64,000 bases of DNA, from assembly GCA_963666985.2 (NCBI GenBank), contig CAXXIA010000002.1, positions 2,048,001 through 2,112,000 of the forward strand, read 5' to 3'. This document shows positions 9,098 to 20,551 of the stretch, piece by piece. The translations under genes were made by a program, and so were the position numbers. A model generated the notes under the pieces. The model made no database searches, was not told the origin of the DNA, and saw only the letters and a list, made by a program, of their open reading frames with translations. The DNA is from Spirochaetia bacterium. GTDB lineage: Bacteria > Spirochaetota > Spirochaetia > DSM-2461. Within the stretch, counting starts at the first letter, position 1. Each line of letters opens with the position of its first letter.

Positions 9098-10042
9098 ATG
9101 ACGGAACAACACGGCTCCGATCCTCTTATCAAGGATCTTTTGGAAGGATTTTCCCTGGTTATGAGGGGGAAAGCATCACTGATGGAGAAGGTTACCGCGG
9201 CCTTTCTCTCAGGGGGGCATGTTCTTTTGGAGGATTTGCCCGGTACGGGCAAGACGACCGTGGGACGAACTTTGGCCCATCTGGTGAAAGGGGCCGTGTT
9301 CAAGAGAATACAGTTCACGCCGGATCTTCTTCCCTACGATATTACCGGCGTGGATGTTTGGGACGAGGAGAAAAAGGATTTCGTTTTCAGACCGGGTCCT
9401 ATTTTCGCCAATATCGTTCTGGCGGACGAGATCAACAGAACCACACCCAAGGTTCAATCCGCTCTTTTGGAGGCCATGGCCGAGTTTCAGGTAACCATCG
9501 GCAACAATACGCGGCTTCTGGCGGATCCTTTTATGGTGATCGCAACGCAGAATCCCATTGAAACCGAGGGAACCTATCCTCTTCCGGAGGCACAGAAAGA
9601 CCGGTTTATGCTGCTGCTTCGGCCCGGTTATCCCGACAGGGAGTCCGAGTATTCCATCGTGCGCGACGATCCGGGCAGAACCGCGCTCCCCGGTTTGAAA
9701 TCGGTTTGTTCTTTAAAGGACTTGCGGGCGCTGAAGGAGAAGGTTCGCGAGGTGTACGTGGACGACAGGCTTCTTCGCTGTACCGTTGATCTGGCCGCCG
9801 TGCTGCGGGATCATCCCGATACTGTTTTGGGAGTTTCCACACGGGGGGCGCTGATGCTGGTTTCGGCCATGCGGTCTTTGGCGCTGATTCGCGGACGGGA
9901 TTATGTTATCGATCAGGACTTGTCCGATTTGGCCGCGGATGTTTATGCGCACCGTATCCGGCTTAGGGGCGGGAGCGCCGACGCCGTTTCTTTCGTTTCC
10001 GACATGGCCTCCAAGGAGATCCGCCGTATCCGCCATGGGTAA
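9098..10042 (+). CDS. moxR: MoxR family AAA+ ATPase
   Basis: HVLLEDLPGTGKT, RIQFTPDLLP, DEINR, ATQNPIE, YPLPEAQKDRF. Confidence 0.95.
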   Translation: MTEQHGSDPLIKDLLEGFSLVMRGKASLMEKVTAAFLSGGHVLLEDLPGTGKTTVGRTLAHLVKGAVFKRIQFTPDLLPYDITGVDVWDEEKKDFVFRPGPIFANIVLADEINRTTPKVQSALLEAMAEFQVTIGNNTRLLADPFMVIATQNPIETEGTYPLPEAQKDRFMLLLRPGYPDRESEYSIVRDDPGRTALPGLKSVCSLKDLRALKEKVREVYVDDRLLRCTVDLAAVLRDHPDTVLGVSTRGALMLVSAMRSLALIRGRDYVIDQDLSDLAADVYAHRIRLRGGSADAVSFVSDMASKEIRRIRHG

Positions 10043-12024
10043 GAGTTTTGGGCCGGGAAAGCCGCAGCCGATGGAGCCGCGGGCCGGATGGCGCGGGATT
10101 TCTCTTATCGGCCGAATCGCGGTTCGTTTGACGATGAGAAGACCGGAGAGATCCGGAGCCCGGCGGCTGATTCCGCACGATATTCGGCGGGGGGGGCGGG
10201 GGCTGATTTCACGGCGGTTTCCACAGATGTTTCGGCGGGAGTTTCAGCGGCGGGATTTGGCTCATTCCGGGCACAGCAATCCGCGACTCCGAGAGTGGAA
10301 TCCCCGCCGAAAAAGCCCGAAGAAGCCGAGAATCCGGATTCGTGTTGCGCCGCAGGCAATCGCGGCACTTTTTCTACCTCCTTTGCTGGTTTTCAGCGGA
10401 CCTGCGCGCCATGTGGCACCGGTCTTTATTCTCGGAGTGGGGCTTCCGGCTCTTGTTGTTTTATCTTTCCTGTTTTTGGTTTTATGCTTGCCGGCGTTGA
10501 TTCGTTCTTCGCGGTGTATTGATGATAACGGCGACGGCGATACCGGAGAGAGGCCGTATTGGAGTAGTCCTGAAGACGAGAACGTCTCCGATGGTTCCCC
10601 GTTTACTTCCGGGGGTGAGGCTTCAGATAGCCTGGAATCTTCGGTTTGGTCCTTTCCGGCGGGTGTTTCTCGCTCCGCTTTCAGAGCTTGGCTATTCGCA
10701 TCGGAGCGGCCGGAGTTTGAGCGGCAAAGTAGCCCGCACAGGTAAAGTGCGCGGAGGCTGGAGTGTAAGCGGATCCTCCGGCGGTGTGAGGGAAGGAGCG
10801 GCGGTTTTTCGGATTAATCGCAGAGGACTTTGGCAGGGAAGAGTCCTTCTTCGGGCTGTCGATCCGTTCGGTTTTTTTCGCGTGGATTTTCCTTTGGCCG
10901 GATCTCCCCGAATTGCTGTTCCTCCGTTTCTCACTGAGCCTCCGAATCTGCTGCCGACGGGCAGGCTTTCCGCCGATGAAAAAAGCGCGCCCAGAATCAG
11001 GGAAGACTCCGACGAGCGTCTGGAAAGACGCGGATACATCCCCGGTGACGATCCCCGGCGTATCGATTGGAAACAGTACGCCCGAACCGGCGATCTGCTT
11101 GTTCGCGTGGGGGAGGAGGCCGTGCCCGTGAGGGGGAGGGTCTGGATTTCCGTGGCTGTTTCTACCGGCCATTATTCCCGGCGTTCCGGGTATAACCGTT
11201 TGGACGGATGTCTGGAAGCGGCCTCCGCGCTGGTCCGCGGATCGCTGGAGAACGACAGGGATGTTCGGCTTCATCTGCCCGACGGCAGCACCTGGCTGGA
11301 TGCCTCCGGCAGTGACTGGGAAGCGGCCATGGCCGCCTCGGAACCTTCTCGATCGGCTCCGGTCCTCCGGCGGGGGAGGGCGCTTTTTGCCCGGAGACGA
11401 GTTTCAACAACGGTATCGGCTCCAACTGCGTGGAACACTGATGAGTCTTCCCCATCCTCCGGCAGGTGGGCACGGTCCGCCGGTTTCGAAGAACTCGGCG
11501 AACTCGAAGGGCGCAGCCAAATCGCCGCGGGAGAGTTCCCGCCTCAAGGTGAAACGCTTCTTCTCGTTATTCATCCTTCGGATTCGGCGGGCCTTGATTA
11601 TGCCGAGGCCGCCCGCTCGGCCGGGTGCCGCGTTTCACTTTTTTTTCCGGATTTTTCCTTTGCCGAAACTTCCGGCCGGAGAATGTCGGCGATCCGGGCG
11701 ACTCAGGGGAAAAAGGAGTTCCGGGAAGGCTTCTTTCGCCGGCGGGAAGGTCGGCCGAACGATCATCTTGAGTTTCGACGGAAAGCTCGGGGTGAAGGGC
11801 GGCAAAGCGGCCATCGTGAAGCTCAAGGAGAAGTCCCGGCCGGCGGATATCATCAAGACCGCCGCGGCGCTCGGTTGGCAAAGCTGCGCGATACCGGGCG
11901 TGAACCTCGATTAACTCCCCGCGCATCCCTCTCCGGCCGCCTGCAAAACGCGCTTTATCGCCGCCGAATCGAAACAGCCGTCAACACGGCACGCGGAAAA
12001 GGATTCAATGTCCATGTTCTCTAG
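10035..12024 (+). CDS. DUF58 domain protein, apparently frameshifted near 10500
   Basis: RGYIPGDDPRRIDWKQYAR is a DUF58 motif in ORF 10519-12024. The hydrophobic N-terminal part (from ATG 10035, overlapping the moxR end) is in the preceding frame; removing one base near 10500 fuses them. Confidence 0.75.
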
Positions 12025-14377
12025 CCGCATCGCCGCAGATCGGCTTACCGGAAAGCCTCCGGCCGGTGTGGTTTTCGCCCGCCGAGGCATGGCCGAACGG
12101 ATTCTGTTTCATGCCCTGGGCTGGACCCTGCTCTGCCTGTCGCTCCGGGAAGCCGTCCCGGCTGCCTGGGCCTGGACGGCCCTGCCCATCGCGGTGATTT
12201 TCGGAGTTGCGGCCGATCTGAGCGGCTTGCGCACGCTGACGGCCGCCCTGGCGCTCATCGCCGCGCCTTTGCTGATCCGCTTAGCCATCCTTGCAATCTC
12301 GGCGGCGGCCGGCTCGGACTTCATCGTGGCGCTGGATAACGGATGGGTGTTAACCGCGCCGTATTGGTATTTCACCGCGGCGGCCATGCTCTTCGTGCGC
12401 CGCCGGCCCGCGCTCGGATATGCCGAGGCCGCCGTTCTGGCCCTTTTCTGCGGCATTGTGCTGGCCCGGGACGATGATTGGAGAGCGGCCTTCTCGGCTC
12501 CGGCGACAGCCGCGATCAAGCTGGTTTGTGCCGCAGCCGTTCTTGTGCTGACCGCGCTGTGTTTTGCCGCATCGCGCCGGGGATCGGCGGCGCAAAAGGC
12601 CGGCATGGGACCGCCCCCGTTTCGCAGGCCGGATAGTTCGGATATAGCGCATTACATCATCCTGGCGGCGGCTCTGGCGCTTCTGTTTTTCGCGGGGAAT
12701 AAAATGCGCCGGGAGAGTTCCCTCAGCAGCGGCGGCGGAGTTCTCGCCAGCGATCTTTTTCATTTCGACTTCAACGACGTTCTTTCTCTGGAACCGGAGA
12801 TCAGCATGAACGGAGAGCTCACCATGCTGTACCGGGAAGACGGCCCGGCCGTTCAGCGCTATCTTCGCCGCTACACGCTTTCCGGCTGGAATCCCCAGAG
12901 AGGTTTCTTCCGGGACGGAGAGCGGGAAAAGGATTTCCCGGAGCGGGACGCCATGCCGGTGAGTCTGCCGAAGGGACCGATGGAGTGGCCTCACGCCGGT
13001 TTCGAAACCCGTGAGCAGGTCCATCAGGAATACTACCTTGTGGCTCTGGACCCCAATTCCTTCTTTGCTCTTGATTATCCGGTTTCCGTGGAGCCGTGGG
13101 TTATCTGGGACGATGCCTCGTTCGTTCGCGCGTACGCGGTGGAGTCCCGTGTTTCGATTGCGGATTTATGGGATCTCTACGGCGCGCGGACAAGCGGCAT
13201 GGCGGAGCCGGATCGGTCGTATTATCTGGAAGGAGGGGATGATCCCTACTTTATCTCTCTGGCCGAAAAGGTTGTCGGGGAGAACAAGACTCCCTGGTCC
13301 AAGGCCGCGGCGATTGAGAAATGGTTTCACAAAGAGTTCTACTATTCCCTGAAGCCGGGCCTGGCGGCCGACGGCGATCAGCTTTCCCTCTTCCTGAAGG
13401 AAACCCACCGCGGATACTGCTCTTATTTCGCGTTCGCCATGACCCGGCTCTGCCGAGCCGCGGGCATTCCCGCCCGGGTCGCCGTGGGCTTTGTGACCGA
13501 CCCGAGCGTTTCAACGCTCGGCTTTGTTCCGGTTCGGGCCGACCAGGCTCACGCCTGGGTGGAAGTCTGGCTCGACGATCATGGCTGGATAACTTTCGAT
13601 CCGACGACCGACACCATGGCTCCCGGCGAGGAATATCCCATTCAGTTCATCTCGCCGGATGAATGGCTTCCGCTGATTGAAGAAGCCCTCACTCGGCGGG
13701 GCGAAGTTTCCGTGGCCCTTGATGAAGAGGATGATACGGAGGAGAACGGCGGCTTCTGGAACAGCGTGGTTCGGCTGGTGCGGCATCGGCCCGTCCTGGC
13801 CTGGATTATCGTTATTCTGATTCCCGCGGCCCTTTATGCTCCCGGGCGAATCGTACCGGGGTTGATTTATGCCGTCGCCGCCCATTCCCGCAATTCCCGG
13901 AAACGAGTCAAAGCCCGATGGAAGATGTTTGCCCGGCGTTTGATTCGGAGCGGGAATGCACCGTTCGCCTCGGAAACCCCGGCGGATTGGGCCGCCCGTG
14001 TGTGGACTTCATTTGCTTCGGCGGGCGCGGCGAATCCGCGCACCGAAAACTCCGCCCGGGCGGCGGCGGAACTTGTGCCGGATACGAAGACGTCGACAGT
14101 TCCGAACGCCGGTCCGCACGCCGGTCCGAACGCCGATCCGCACGCCCCCGATCAAGTTCCTTCCGCCTCGCCCGGAGGCAGCGCCGGCCTGTCCGGATTC
14201 GAAGACTGGACCGCCCTGTATTTGAAGGCGGTCTTTTCCCCGGTTTTTTCAAAGCAGGATTCCGAGGTCGCCGATTCGGCCGCTGAGACCGTCCGTGCAT
14301 CCTGGAAAAAACAGCCGCGATCGGTGCGGCTTCGTTCCGCTCTCGGACTCGGATGGCTGGGAGGTCTGCCGTGGTAG
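12008..14377 (+). CDS. Membrane-anchored transglutaminase-like protein (TgpA-type)
   Basis: Multiple N-terminal TM segments; GYCSYFA, GIPARVAVGF, AHAWVEVW, WITFDPT (Cys-His-Asp triad). Confidence 0.9.
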   Translation: MSMFSSRIAADRLTGKPPAGVVFARRGMAERILFHALGWTLLCLSLREAVPAAWAWTALPIAVIFGVAADLSGLRTLTAALALIAAPLLIRLAILAISAAAGSDFIVALDNGWVLTAPYWYFTAAAMLFVRRRPALGYAEAAVLALFCGIVLARDDDWRAAFSAPATAAIKLVCAAAVLVLTALCFAASRRGSAAQKAGMGPPPFRRPDSSDIAHYIILAAALALLFFAGNKMRRESSLSSGGGVLASDLFHFDFNDVLSLEPEISMNGELTMLYREDGPAVQRYLRRYTLSGWNPQRGFFRDGEREKDFPERDAMPVSLPKGPMEWPHAGFETREQVHQEYYLVALDPNSFFALDYPVSVEPWVIWDDASFVRAYAVESRVSIADLWDLYGARTSGMAEPDRSYYLEGGDDPYFISLAEKVVGENKTPWSKAAAIEKWFHKEFYYSLKPGLAADGDQLSLFLKETHRGYCSYFAFAMTRLCRAAGIPARVAVGFVTDPSVSTLGFVPVRADQAHAWVEVWLDDHGWITFDPTTDTMAPGEEYPIQFISPDEWLPLIEEALTRRGEVSVALDEEDDTEENGGFWNSVVRLVRHRPVLAWIIVILIPAALYAPGRIVPGLIYAVAAHSRNSRKRVKARWKMFARRLIRSGNAPFASETPADWAARVWTSFASAGAANPRTENSARAAAELVPDTKTSTVPNAGPHAGPNADPHAPDQVPSASPGGSAGLSGFEDWTALYLKAVFSPVFSKQDSEVADSAAETVRASWKKQPRSVRLRSALGLGWLGGLPW
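14102..14149 (+). repeat. 4 x 12-bp intragenic tandem repeat (PNAG/PHAG/PNAD/PHAP)
   Basis: ccgaacgccggt ccgcacgccggt ccgaacgccgat ccgcacgccccc. Confidence 0.85.
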
Positions 14378-14379
14378 GG

Positions 14380-16332
14380 ATGCGATTTCGCCAAACTGCC
14401 AACCGGCCGAATAACCGATGCCATGCAGCCGGTCGGCCGGCAATACGCGCAGCAGCAATCTCCTTCTTCCATCGCTCGTCCATATTCCTTTCGACACGGC
14501 GCGCAGCATCAGCAGCCCTTTTCCTCGCGATCTTCCTCGTCATCTCCCCCCAGCCGTGCCACCCGGAAAATGCCGAAACTCCGGATGAACTCCTGGCGCA
14601 AGTGGACGCGGCCGTTGACGAGGAAAGTTACACCCGCGCCATCGCCCTTCTTGAACAGGGAAAAGAACTCTGGCCGGGAGATTTCAGAATCCCGATGCGC
14701 GCCGGAGATCTTTACAAAAGAAGGGAACTTTACAGACTCGCCCTCGCCGAATTCCAGGCGGCCGAATCCCTCTCCCCCGGCGATACCGAAATCCTCTACG
14801 AAATCGCCGAAACACACGGATATCTCGGCAATAACACCATTGCGGTGGAAACGCTGGAACAAATTCTCGACACCGCCGTGGGCGAGAATTTCAGGATTCA
14901 GATTATTTCGGACTTGAGCTGGATGTATTTCAAAACCTACCGGATGCAGGAAGGAATCGACCTGCTCGAATCCACCTTGTCCGAAGGCTTCGACAGAAAT
15001 CTTGCCCACACACTCGGAACACTGTATTCGGGCGTTTACAATCGGGAAAAATCCCGGGAATGGTATGAACTCTCCATCGAAGACGCCCTCTCTTACGGCG
15101 ATGACTACTTTGCCTCGGTGGCCTATTACAACCTGGCCCTGTTGGAATTCGCATCGTACCGGTTCGACCGGGCGCGCGCGGAAGCCCTGAACTCTCTGGA
15201 TCTCCGTTCCCGCGCCGGAGGAAACATGGTTATCGGGGAACTCGACATGATGGCCTGGCACCTTTCCGATGCTTTGGAATCCTATAAAACCGCCGAGTCT
15301 CTGGACCACACGCCGCTCACCCGCGTGGACATGGCCGTGTTCTATCAGCGCATCGGCCGACTGGATGAAGCCCTAAGGATTGTTCAAAAAATCATCGACA
15401 ACCCGGATGCGAGCTGGATGTATCACTTCGGCGTCGACAAAGTGCGCTTCGGCATGGACATCTCGGAAATTCTTGCCGACTGCTGGGCCGGCAAAGCGGA
15501 AACGGAAAAGCTGACACCCCGCGCCGGATTCATCAATCGATGCAAAAGTCTGCGCAGCAGAATCGTCTGGAGGGCAAAGGCCCGTTATCACGAGAGAACA
15601 TACAAAAAACTGGGCAAAGAGTACGCCGAAGATCTGGAACGCAAAGGCAACCATCTGGATGCCTCCTGGAATTCCTATCAGGCCGCCGAAGGCTACCCGA
15701 GAATCGCCCTGGTTCGCCTGGAAAAAGCTCGCGAGCTTGAAACCGCCATCATGGAAGCCGCCGTTCCCTGGTACGATCTGGAAGACGGATGGACATCCAA
15801 AGATCCCCAGTCTCTTCTGAAAGCCATCGACGCCTTTGGAGCTGATGAACAAAATCCCCGGGAAAGAGCTCTGCGAGGTTTATCCGGGGGCATAGGACGA
15901 GTGACCCCCGAAGCCATTCGGGATGAATCCCTCTCCGTTCTCTACCAAATGAATCCCGGCGGCCTGAGGCAGTACGGCCTTTCCCTTCCCATTGAACTCA
16001 CCGTTACCGGTCCCGGCCGCTCCTCCCTCCGGCGGAAAACAAGGATTCTGCTTCACCGCTCAAACCATTCCGTACACCGGCCGGGAGAGGGCGGCCCCGC
16101 GGCAGCGGCGCTGACCGTCTCCTCCGCGGACGATGGTGAGTGCACCTGGTACATCGCCGGCCCGGACGGACGAACCAGAACCACCGCGAAGAGCGGCAAT
16201 ACCGTCCGCAGGAAAGAAACCGCATCCATTCTTACCGAGCTGTTGAACGGCCTTTATCTTACCCCCGTGGTTCTCACCGGCGGCGGGGATAGCCGTGAAA
16301 GCGGCGCGGCTTCCGCAGGAACCGAGCCGTGA
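14380..16332 (+). CDS. Exported tetratricopeptide-repeat protein (start uncertain)
   Basis: Hydrophobic segment followed by TPR-like helices (ALAEFQAAESLSPGD, AYYNLALLEF, ALESYKTAESLD). Confidence 0.75.
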   Translation: MRFRQTANRPNNRCHAAGRPAIRAAAISFFHRSSIFLSTRRAASAALFLAIFLVISPQPCHPENAETPDELLAQVDAAVDEESYTRAIALLEQGKELWPGDFRIPMRAGDLYKRRELYRLALAEFQAAESLSPGDTEILYEIAETHGYLGNNTIAVETLEQILDTAVGENFRIQIISDLSWMYFKTYRMQEGIDLLESTLSEGFDRNLAHTLGTLYSGVYNREKSREWYELSIEDALSYGDDYFASVAYYNLALLEFASYRFDRARAEALNSLDLRSRAGGNMVIGELDMMAWHLSDALESYKTAESLDHTPLTRVDMAVFYQRIGRLDEALRIVQKIIDNPDASWMYHFGVDKVRFGMDISEILADCWAGKAETEKLTPRAGFINRCKSLRSRIVWRAKARYHERTYKKLGKEYAEDLERKGNHLDASWNSYQAAEGYPRIALVRLEKARELETAIMEAAVPWYDLEDGWTSKDPQSLLKAIDAFGADEQNPRERALRGLSGGIGRVTPEAIRDESLSVLYQMNPGGLRQYGLSLPIELTVTGPGRSSLRRKTRILLHRSNHSVHRPGEGGPAAAALTVSSADDGECTWYIAGPDGRTRTTAKSGNTVRRKETASILTELLNGLYLTPVVLTGGGDSRESGAASAGTEP

Positions 16333-17049
16333 GATTCCTCTCGGATCTGCGCACGGCGGATCCTGTCGACTGCCCCTACCTGCCGAATCGTTCGTTCATC
16401 CAGGAATACTTCTTTGCCGATTCTCTCTCGCATCGGGAATTCTCAAGGCTGCTCGCGGCCGGATGGCGCCGATTCGGAAATTTCTTTTTCCGCCCGAATT
16501 GCCCCGGATGCGTGCGGTGCATTCCCATCAGGGTCGATGTCCGCTCATTGAGTCCCACGCGAAGCCAGCGCCGCATCATCACCAGAGGCCGGGATGTCCG
16601 CATGGAGGCGGTTGAACCGCGGCCCTCGGACGAAGCCTGGCTGGTCTATTCGGAACATTCTTTGAGTCAGTTCGGCAAGGGCACCGACAGGGAAGACTTT
16701 GAACGCACCTTCTTCGATAAAGCCGTTCCCGCTTTTCAGACCGAGTACCGCCTGGATGGAAATTTGATCGCATTGGGATTTCTGGATGCCGGGGATGAGG
16801 GCATGAGCAGCGCCTACTTTTCCTTCAGAGCCGGAATGGTCGAAACTCTCGCTCGGTTCACTCAGCGTGTTCCGGGAGTCGGCCTTTGTTCTGGAGAACG
16901 GCGGACAATGGTACTATTTGGGTTATTGGGTTCCCGGATGTCCGTCCATGGAATACAAAGCCCGCTTTGGCCCCCATCAGCTGCTGGATTACGGAACGGG
17001 AGAGTGGATTCCTCCGGAGGATTATTTCATCGAATCGCTTGAGAACTAA
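16329..17049 (+). CDS. Bpt/ATE-family aminoacyl-tRNA--protein transferase, frameshifted near 16827
   Basis: CPYLP, LAAGWRRFG, FRPNCPGCVRCIPIR, SQRR, SSAYF; C-terminal YYLGYWVPGCPSMEYK lies in the +1 frame. Confidence 0.85.
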
Positions 17050-17137
17050 TCCCTGTTTCGGGGGAACAAGATGCCGAAAGAGGAGAGGACTATACTGAAC
17101 AAGGAAACCCGCAGCCGGTTTTCCCCGGGAGATTCAT

Positions 17138-17839
17138 ATGAGCATCAAATCATACCGCTATAAAGCATTCATCGTTTTAGGACTTTTCATTAGTATCGCA
17201 GGTTCCGCCGGAGGATACGAATTGTCCTCTTATGATCTTATCAGCACGGCGGCGGAGGAAATCTGGAACGATATTGATAATTCCGACGAGTTTCCGCTTC
17301 TTCCCACGATAGACGAATTGAAGGAATCACGGCTCTTTTCCGAAGGACGGCTGAAGAGTCTCACCACCCAGGAACTCTGGTCCGAAGCGCATGCCATGGC
17401 GGGCTTCCAAAGTGCTTACCTTGAGCGATTGAACGACTACCCGAGTGAATTCGTTTTTTCTTCCGTATCGCTGTGGGATGCCAGAACACAGGTTCTTGAT
17501 ATTGAAATCGAGCGTCAGGTGGGATTCGAGGAAGGATGGATCTGGGAATTGATTGGTCAAATCAATAATGAGCTTGTCGGTATCGCCGGGTTCTATGGCG
17601 GCATGATCGATATCCTCTCAACGGAGGATCGGGTTCTGCTGGCGGAAGGCTTTACGCAAACCGCCCTGCATTTCTCCGAGTACCTTTCTCCTGAGGCCCT
17701 GCTGCTGTTTCCTTATTTTCTGACCGGAGCGGCCGAGAATGAGCCGGAAGAATATCTCCAATACCTTCTGAAAGACTTTCTTGCCGAGCTGGAAGATGCC
17801 GCCGCCGAACAGTCCGAATCGGAGCAAACTGCGGGCTGA
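17138..17839 (+). CDS. Hypothetical exported acidic protein
   Basis: Signal-peptide-like N-terminus; 233 aa. Confidence 0.65.
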   Translation: MSIKSYRYKAFIVLGLFISIAGSAGGYELSSYDLISTAAEEIWNDIDNSDEFPLLPTIDELKESRLFSEGRLKSLTTQELWSEAHAMAGFQSAYLERLNDYPSEFVFSSVSLWDARTQVLDIEIERQVGFEEGWIWELIGQINNELVGIAGFYGGMIDILSTEDRVLLAEGFTQTALHFSEYLSPEALLLFPYFLTGAAENEPEEYLQYLLKDFLAELEDAAAEQSESEQTAG

Positions 17840-18114
17840 TAAGAAAAAAACTTCAAATCCGGGTTTTTTCGATAATCCTGATTCTCTCTCGGTATCCGCG
17901 TTTCTGTTCACATTCTGCGGCAACACGGGAAGCGGCGCTGATGAGGATATCGGCGATTGAACTGCTGGGAATGGAACGAAAATGGATTATATGTTTATCG
18001 ATGCCCAAGTATTCAATCAATACTTGGGCGGCTGGGATGCCGGCGGCAATCCCCGTTTAGCGAGAAATCCCAGTATTGATGATTTTCAAAAGACTCAATA
18101 TCGACCAAATCAAT

Positions 18115-19384
18115 TTACGGTCTGTTTGCCAGCCATTGAAAAAAGTCACTTGTCCAAAGCGTCAAGGCGCCGACCTGACAATGTTCGCCGCCGCCGTTAT
18201 CGGATGGGTAGAGTATCGCCGTTACATCGTTGGTACCCGTAAAAACATCAATAGAATCTTCCATGAGGCGTACGGGAACAAAGTGATCGTTTTCACCGGC
18301 CAAGAGTAAAACAGGACATTTCACAAGAGGTGCTGCCGATTCAATTTCATAATCCTTATAGGCTTTGTAAAACGCCTATGTAATCTTCTTGTTTCCCGAA
18401 AATCCAGGCGCCGTGGCGTAAAGCCCAATCCGTTTCCGAAGAAAAACGCATCGATATATTTAATAGCCGAGCGGTGGATTGCGAGGGGTTTCCGTCTTCG
18501 AAAACACGTTTTCGAAATGATTCAGGCATATTCTCACCTACGGCTTCTGAGAAATCGTGAAATATGTCGTAATGCACAAGGGCTTCAATTCGAGGATCTG
18601 ATGCCGCCGCCTTTGTCGCCAAAATACTGCCGAGGCTGTAGCCTACAAGGACAATTCGATTATACTCGGAATAATCGGACAAGAATGAATCCAGGACGGC
18701 CTTGTTCACCGGTGCCCAATCGGCGATCATCGGTATTCCGTCGCATCGAATGGCGGCTCCCTGACCCGGTCCGTCATAAGATGGAAACGCATAGCCTCGT
18801 TTTAAAGCTTCCGCTCCCAAGGTGAAGTAAGTTTCTTCCTTTATCGAATCATATCCATTAACCATGCAAATCAAGGTACGGGAAAACGAACCCTCCATTT
18901 GTGGAAAATACAGGGTTTCCAGAGATTTCTCAGCGTAAGAAATACGATTCAAACGATATTCAATTCCCAGAGCATCAAGACCTGAATAGAATGTATCCCG
19001 GCATTTCATGTAGGTTGATTTCTTTCTTGGATCCTCAGGGGAAAGCAGGAACTCGGCGGTTCGGTAGTAATTCGAGGCACGAAGCAGCGCCCTTCCGGAT
19101 GATGTGAAATCATTCGGATACATCTTTGCTTGAGATTTGGAGAGAGCTGCGAGCTTGGACCATTCCGTATACCAGGATTCCGAATCACCCTGTCGAATCC
19201 CGGAAACCGTTTGGAAGATCTCGTTGATATCGGCTCCTCCGACGGCCGTGTATCCTAAAGTACGAAGAGCCTCGTAGCTATACGTCTGATTATTGGGAAA
19301 CAAAACGCCGTATCCGTTTTTATTACAGCCGCTGAAACCCAGAACAAAAAGAATCAATAATGCAATTTTCATTTTGATCGACAT
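18115..19384 (-). CDS. Alpha/beta hydrolase lipoprotein (FrsA/DHPON-hydrolase-like), frameshifted near 18365
   Basis: Lipobox FSGC; RASNYYRTAEF, NGYDS, DGPGQG, GYSLG. The C-terminal CPVLLLAGENDHF...EHCQVG is in the next frame. Confidence 0.82.
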
Positions 19385-19480
19385 CGTAATGATCTCCTGC
19401 TTTTTTGAAGGAGAAGCTAATGCGAATTGTGAATGGTGTGTATCGAGAAAAAGGTTGATTTTAGCTTTATACCGGTTGAT

Positions 19481-20338
19481 TCAACCATCAATCTGACGAA
19501 TGAGTTCAACTTTATTTGAGCTTTCGGTCTTTTTATACGGTCTGTCCATGTGTGTCTTCACCGTCGGCAAAGAAATCTTCAGGAGTCGGGCAATTTCTTT
19601 ATAGGTGTACCCTTTGGCGGCCAGATCGTAAACTTCTGTTTCTCGGGGGGAAATCGAGAATCTTTTAAAGGACTCGGCCCGAACAACTTCGCTTTTTCCC
19701 AATTTACGGAGAAGCCGTGAAAGAAGGTATGCCGAAAATCTAACCTGCAGCAGGAAATAGAAAGAAAGATAGAAAATCCGATTCCACCGCTCCATGCCAA
19801 GAATACTTCCCCTGAAAAAAGTCGGAACAATAAGAATGATGGCAAATAGTAAAGATAGGCTCCCTGCCGTTCTGTAGGTTCGCGGTGGAATTCGCTCAAC
19901 GTCCACCCTCCCTCCATGGCGAATCAATGGAAAGACCGCCAGCAGGATAACAGCGGAAACCAGGTAACGGACAAAGACTGAAAAGAGATAGGCATGATCT
20001 TTTTCATGGAACAGAAAAAGGATAACGGGTGCCGTGACCGTAATTACCAGCATTATTTTCCATGGAATCTTGAGCCATCCGGTCCCGCTGAGAGATTCCG
20101 AATATGCCATAAGCGCCGTGCACATGAAGAATACGAGTGTCAAGGAAAAAGGGCTGTTAACATTCGTTTCCCAGGTGGATACCATCAATCCGACCGATAT
20201 TGTGTAGAGCAGAAACGATCCAAGAAAAATTACAAAGCGGCGATCAGCCTGAACCTTGGAATTATAAGCCGTTAGAGCCGCAATCGTAATTGTTACCGTA
20301 CCCCCGCAAAAGGCAAGGATTCCTAAAATATCCGGCAT
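19481..20338 (-). CDS. LuxR-type regulator with N-terminal multi-TM sensor
   Basis: About 7 hydrophobic segments; ISPRETEV..LAAKGYTYKEIARLLKISLPTVKTH. Confidence 0.88.
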   Translation of the reverse strand: MPDILGILAFCGGTVTITIAALTAYNSKVQADRRFVIFLGSFLLYTISVGLMVSTWETNVNSPFSLTLVFFMCTALMAYSESLSGTGWLKIPWKIMLVITVTAPVILFLFHEKDHAYLFSVFVRYLVSAVILLAVFPLIRHGGRVDVERIPPRTYRTAGSLSLLFAIILIVPTFFRGSILGMERWNRIFYLSFYFLLQVRFSAYLLSRLLRKLGKSEVVRAESFKRFSISPRETEVYDLAAKGYTYKEIARLLKISLPTVKTHMDRPYKKTESSNKVELIRQIDG

Positions 20339-20551
20339 ATCAGCGTACGAACTTTAATGAACTTCATTTTATCATTCTATACCGTTATGAGAATCAATAT
20401 AATAATCCAATCGGACATTGGAATTCTTCTTTAAACGGATGCTGATTGATGTTCTGTGGTGAAAGAATTTCAATGAACCGGATTCAGTCGATGAAAATGA
20501 TTTACTTGCTGTTGTAGTTGATAAAGCAAATGATGAGATTCAATTCTGTGT

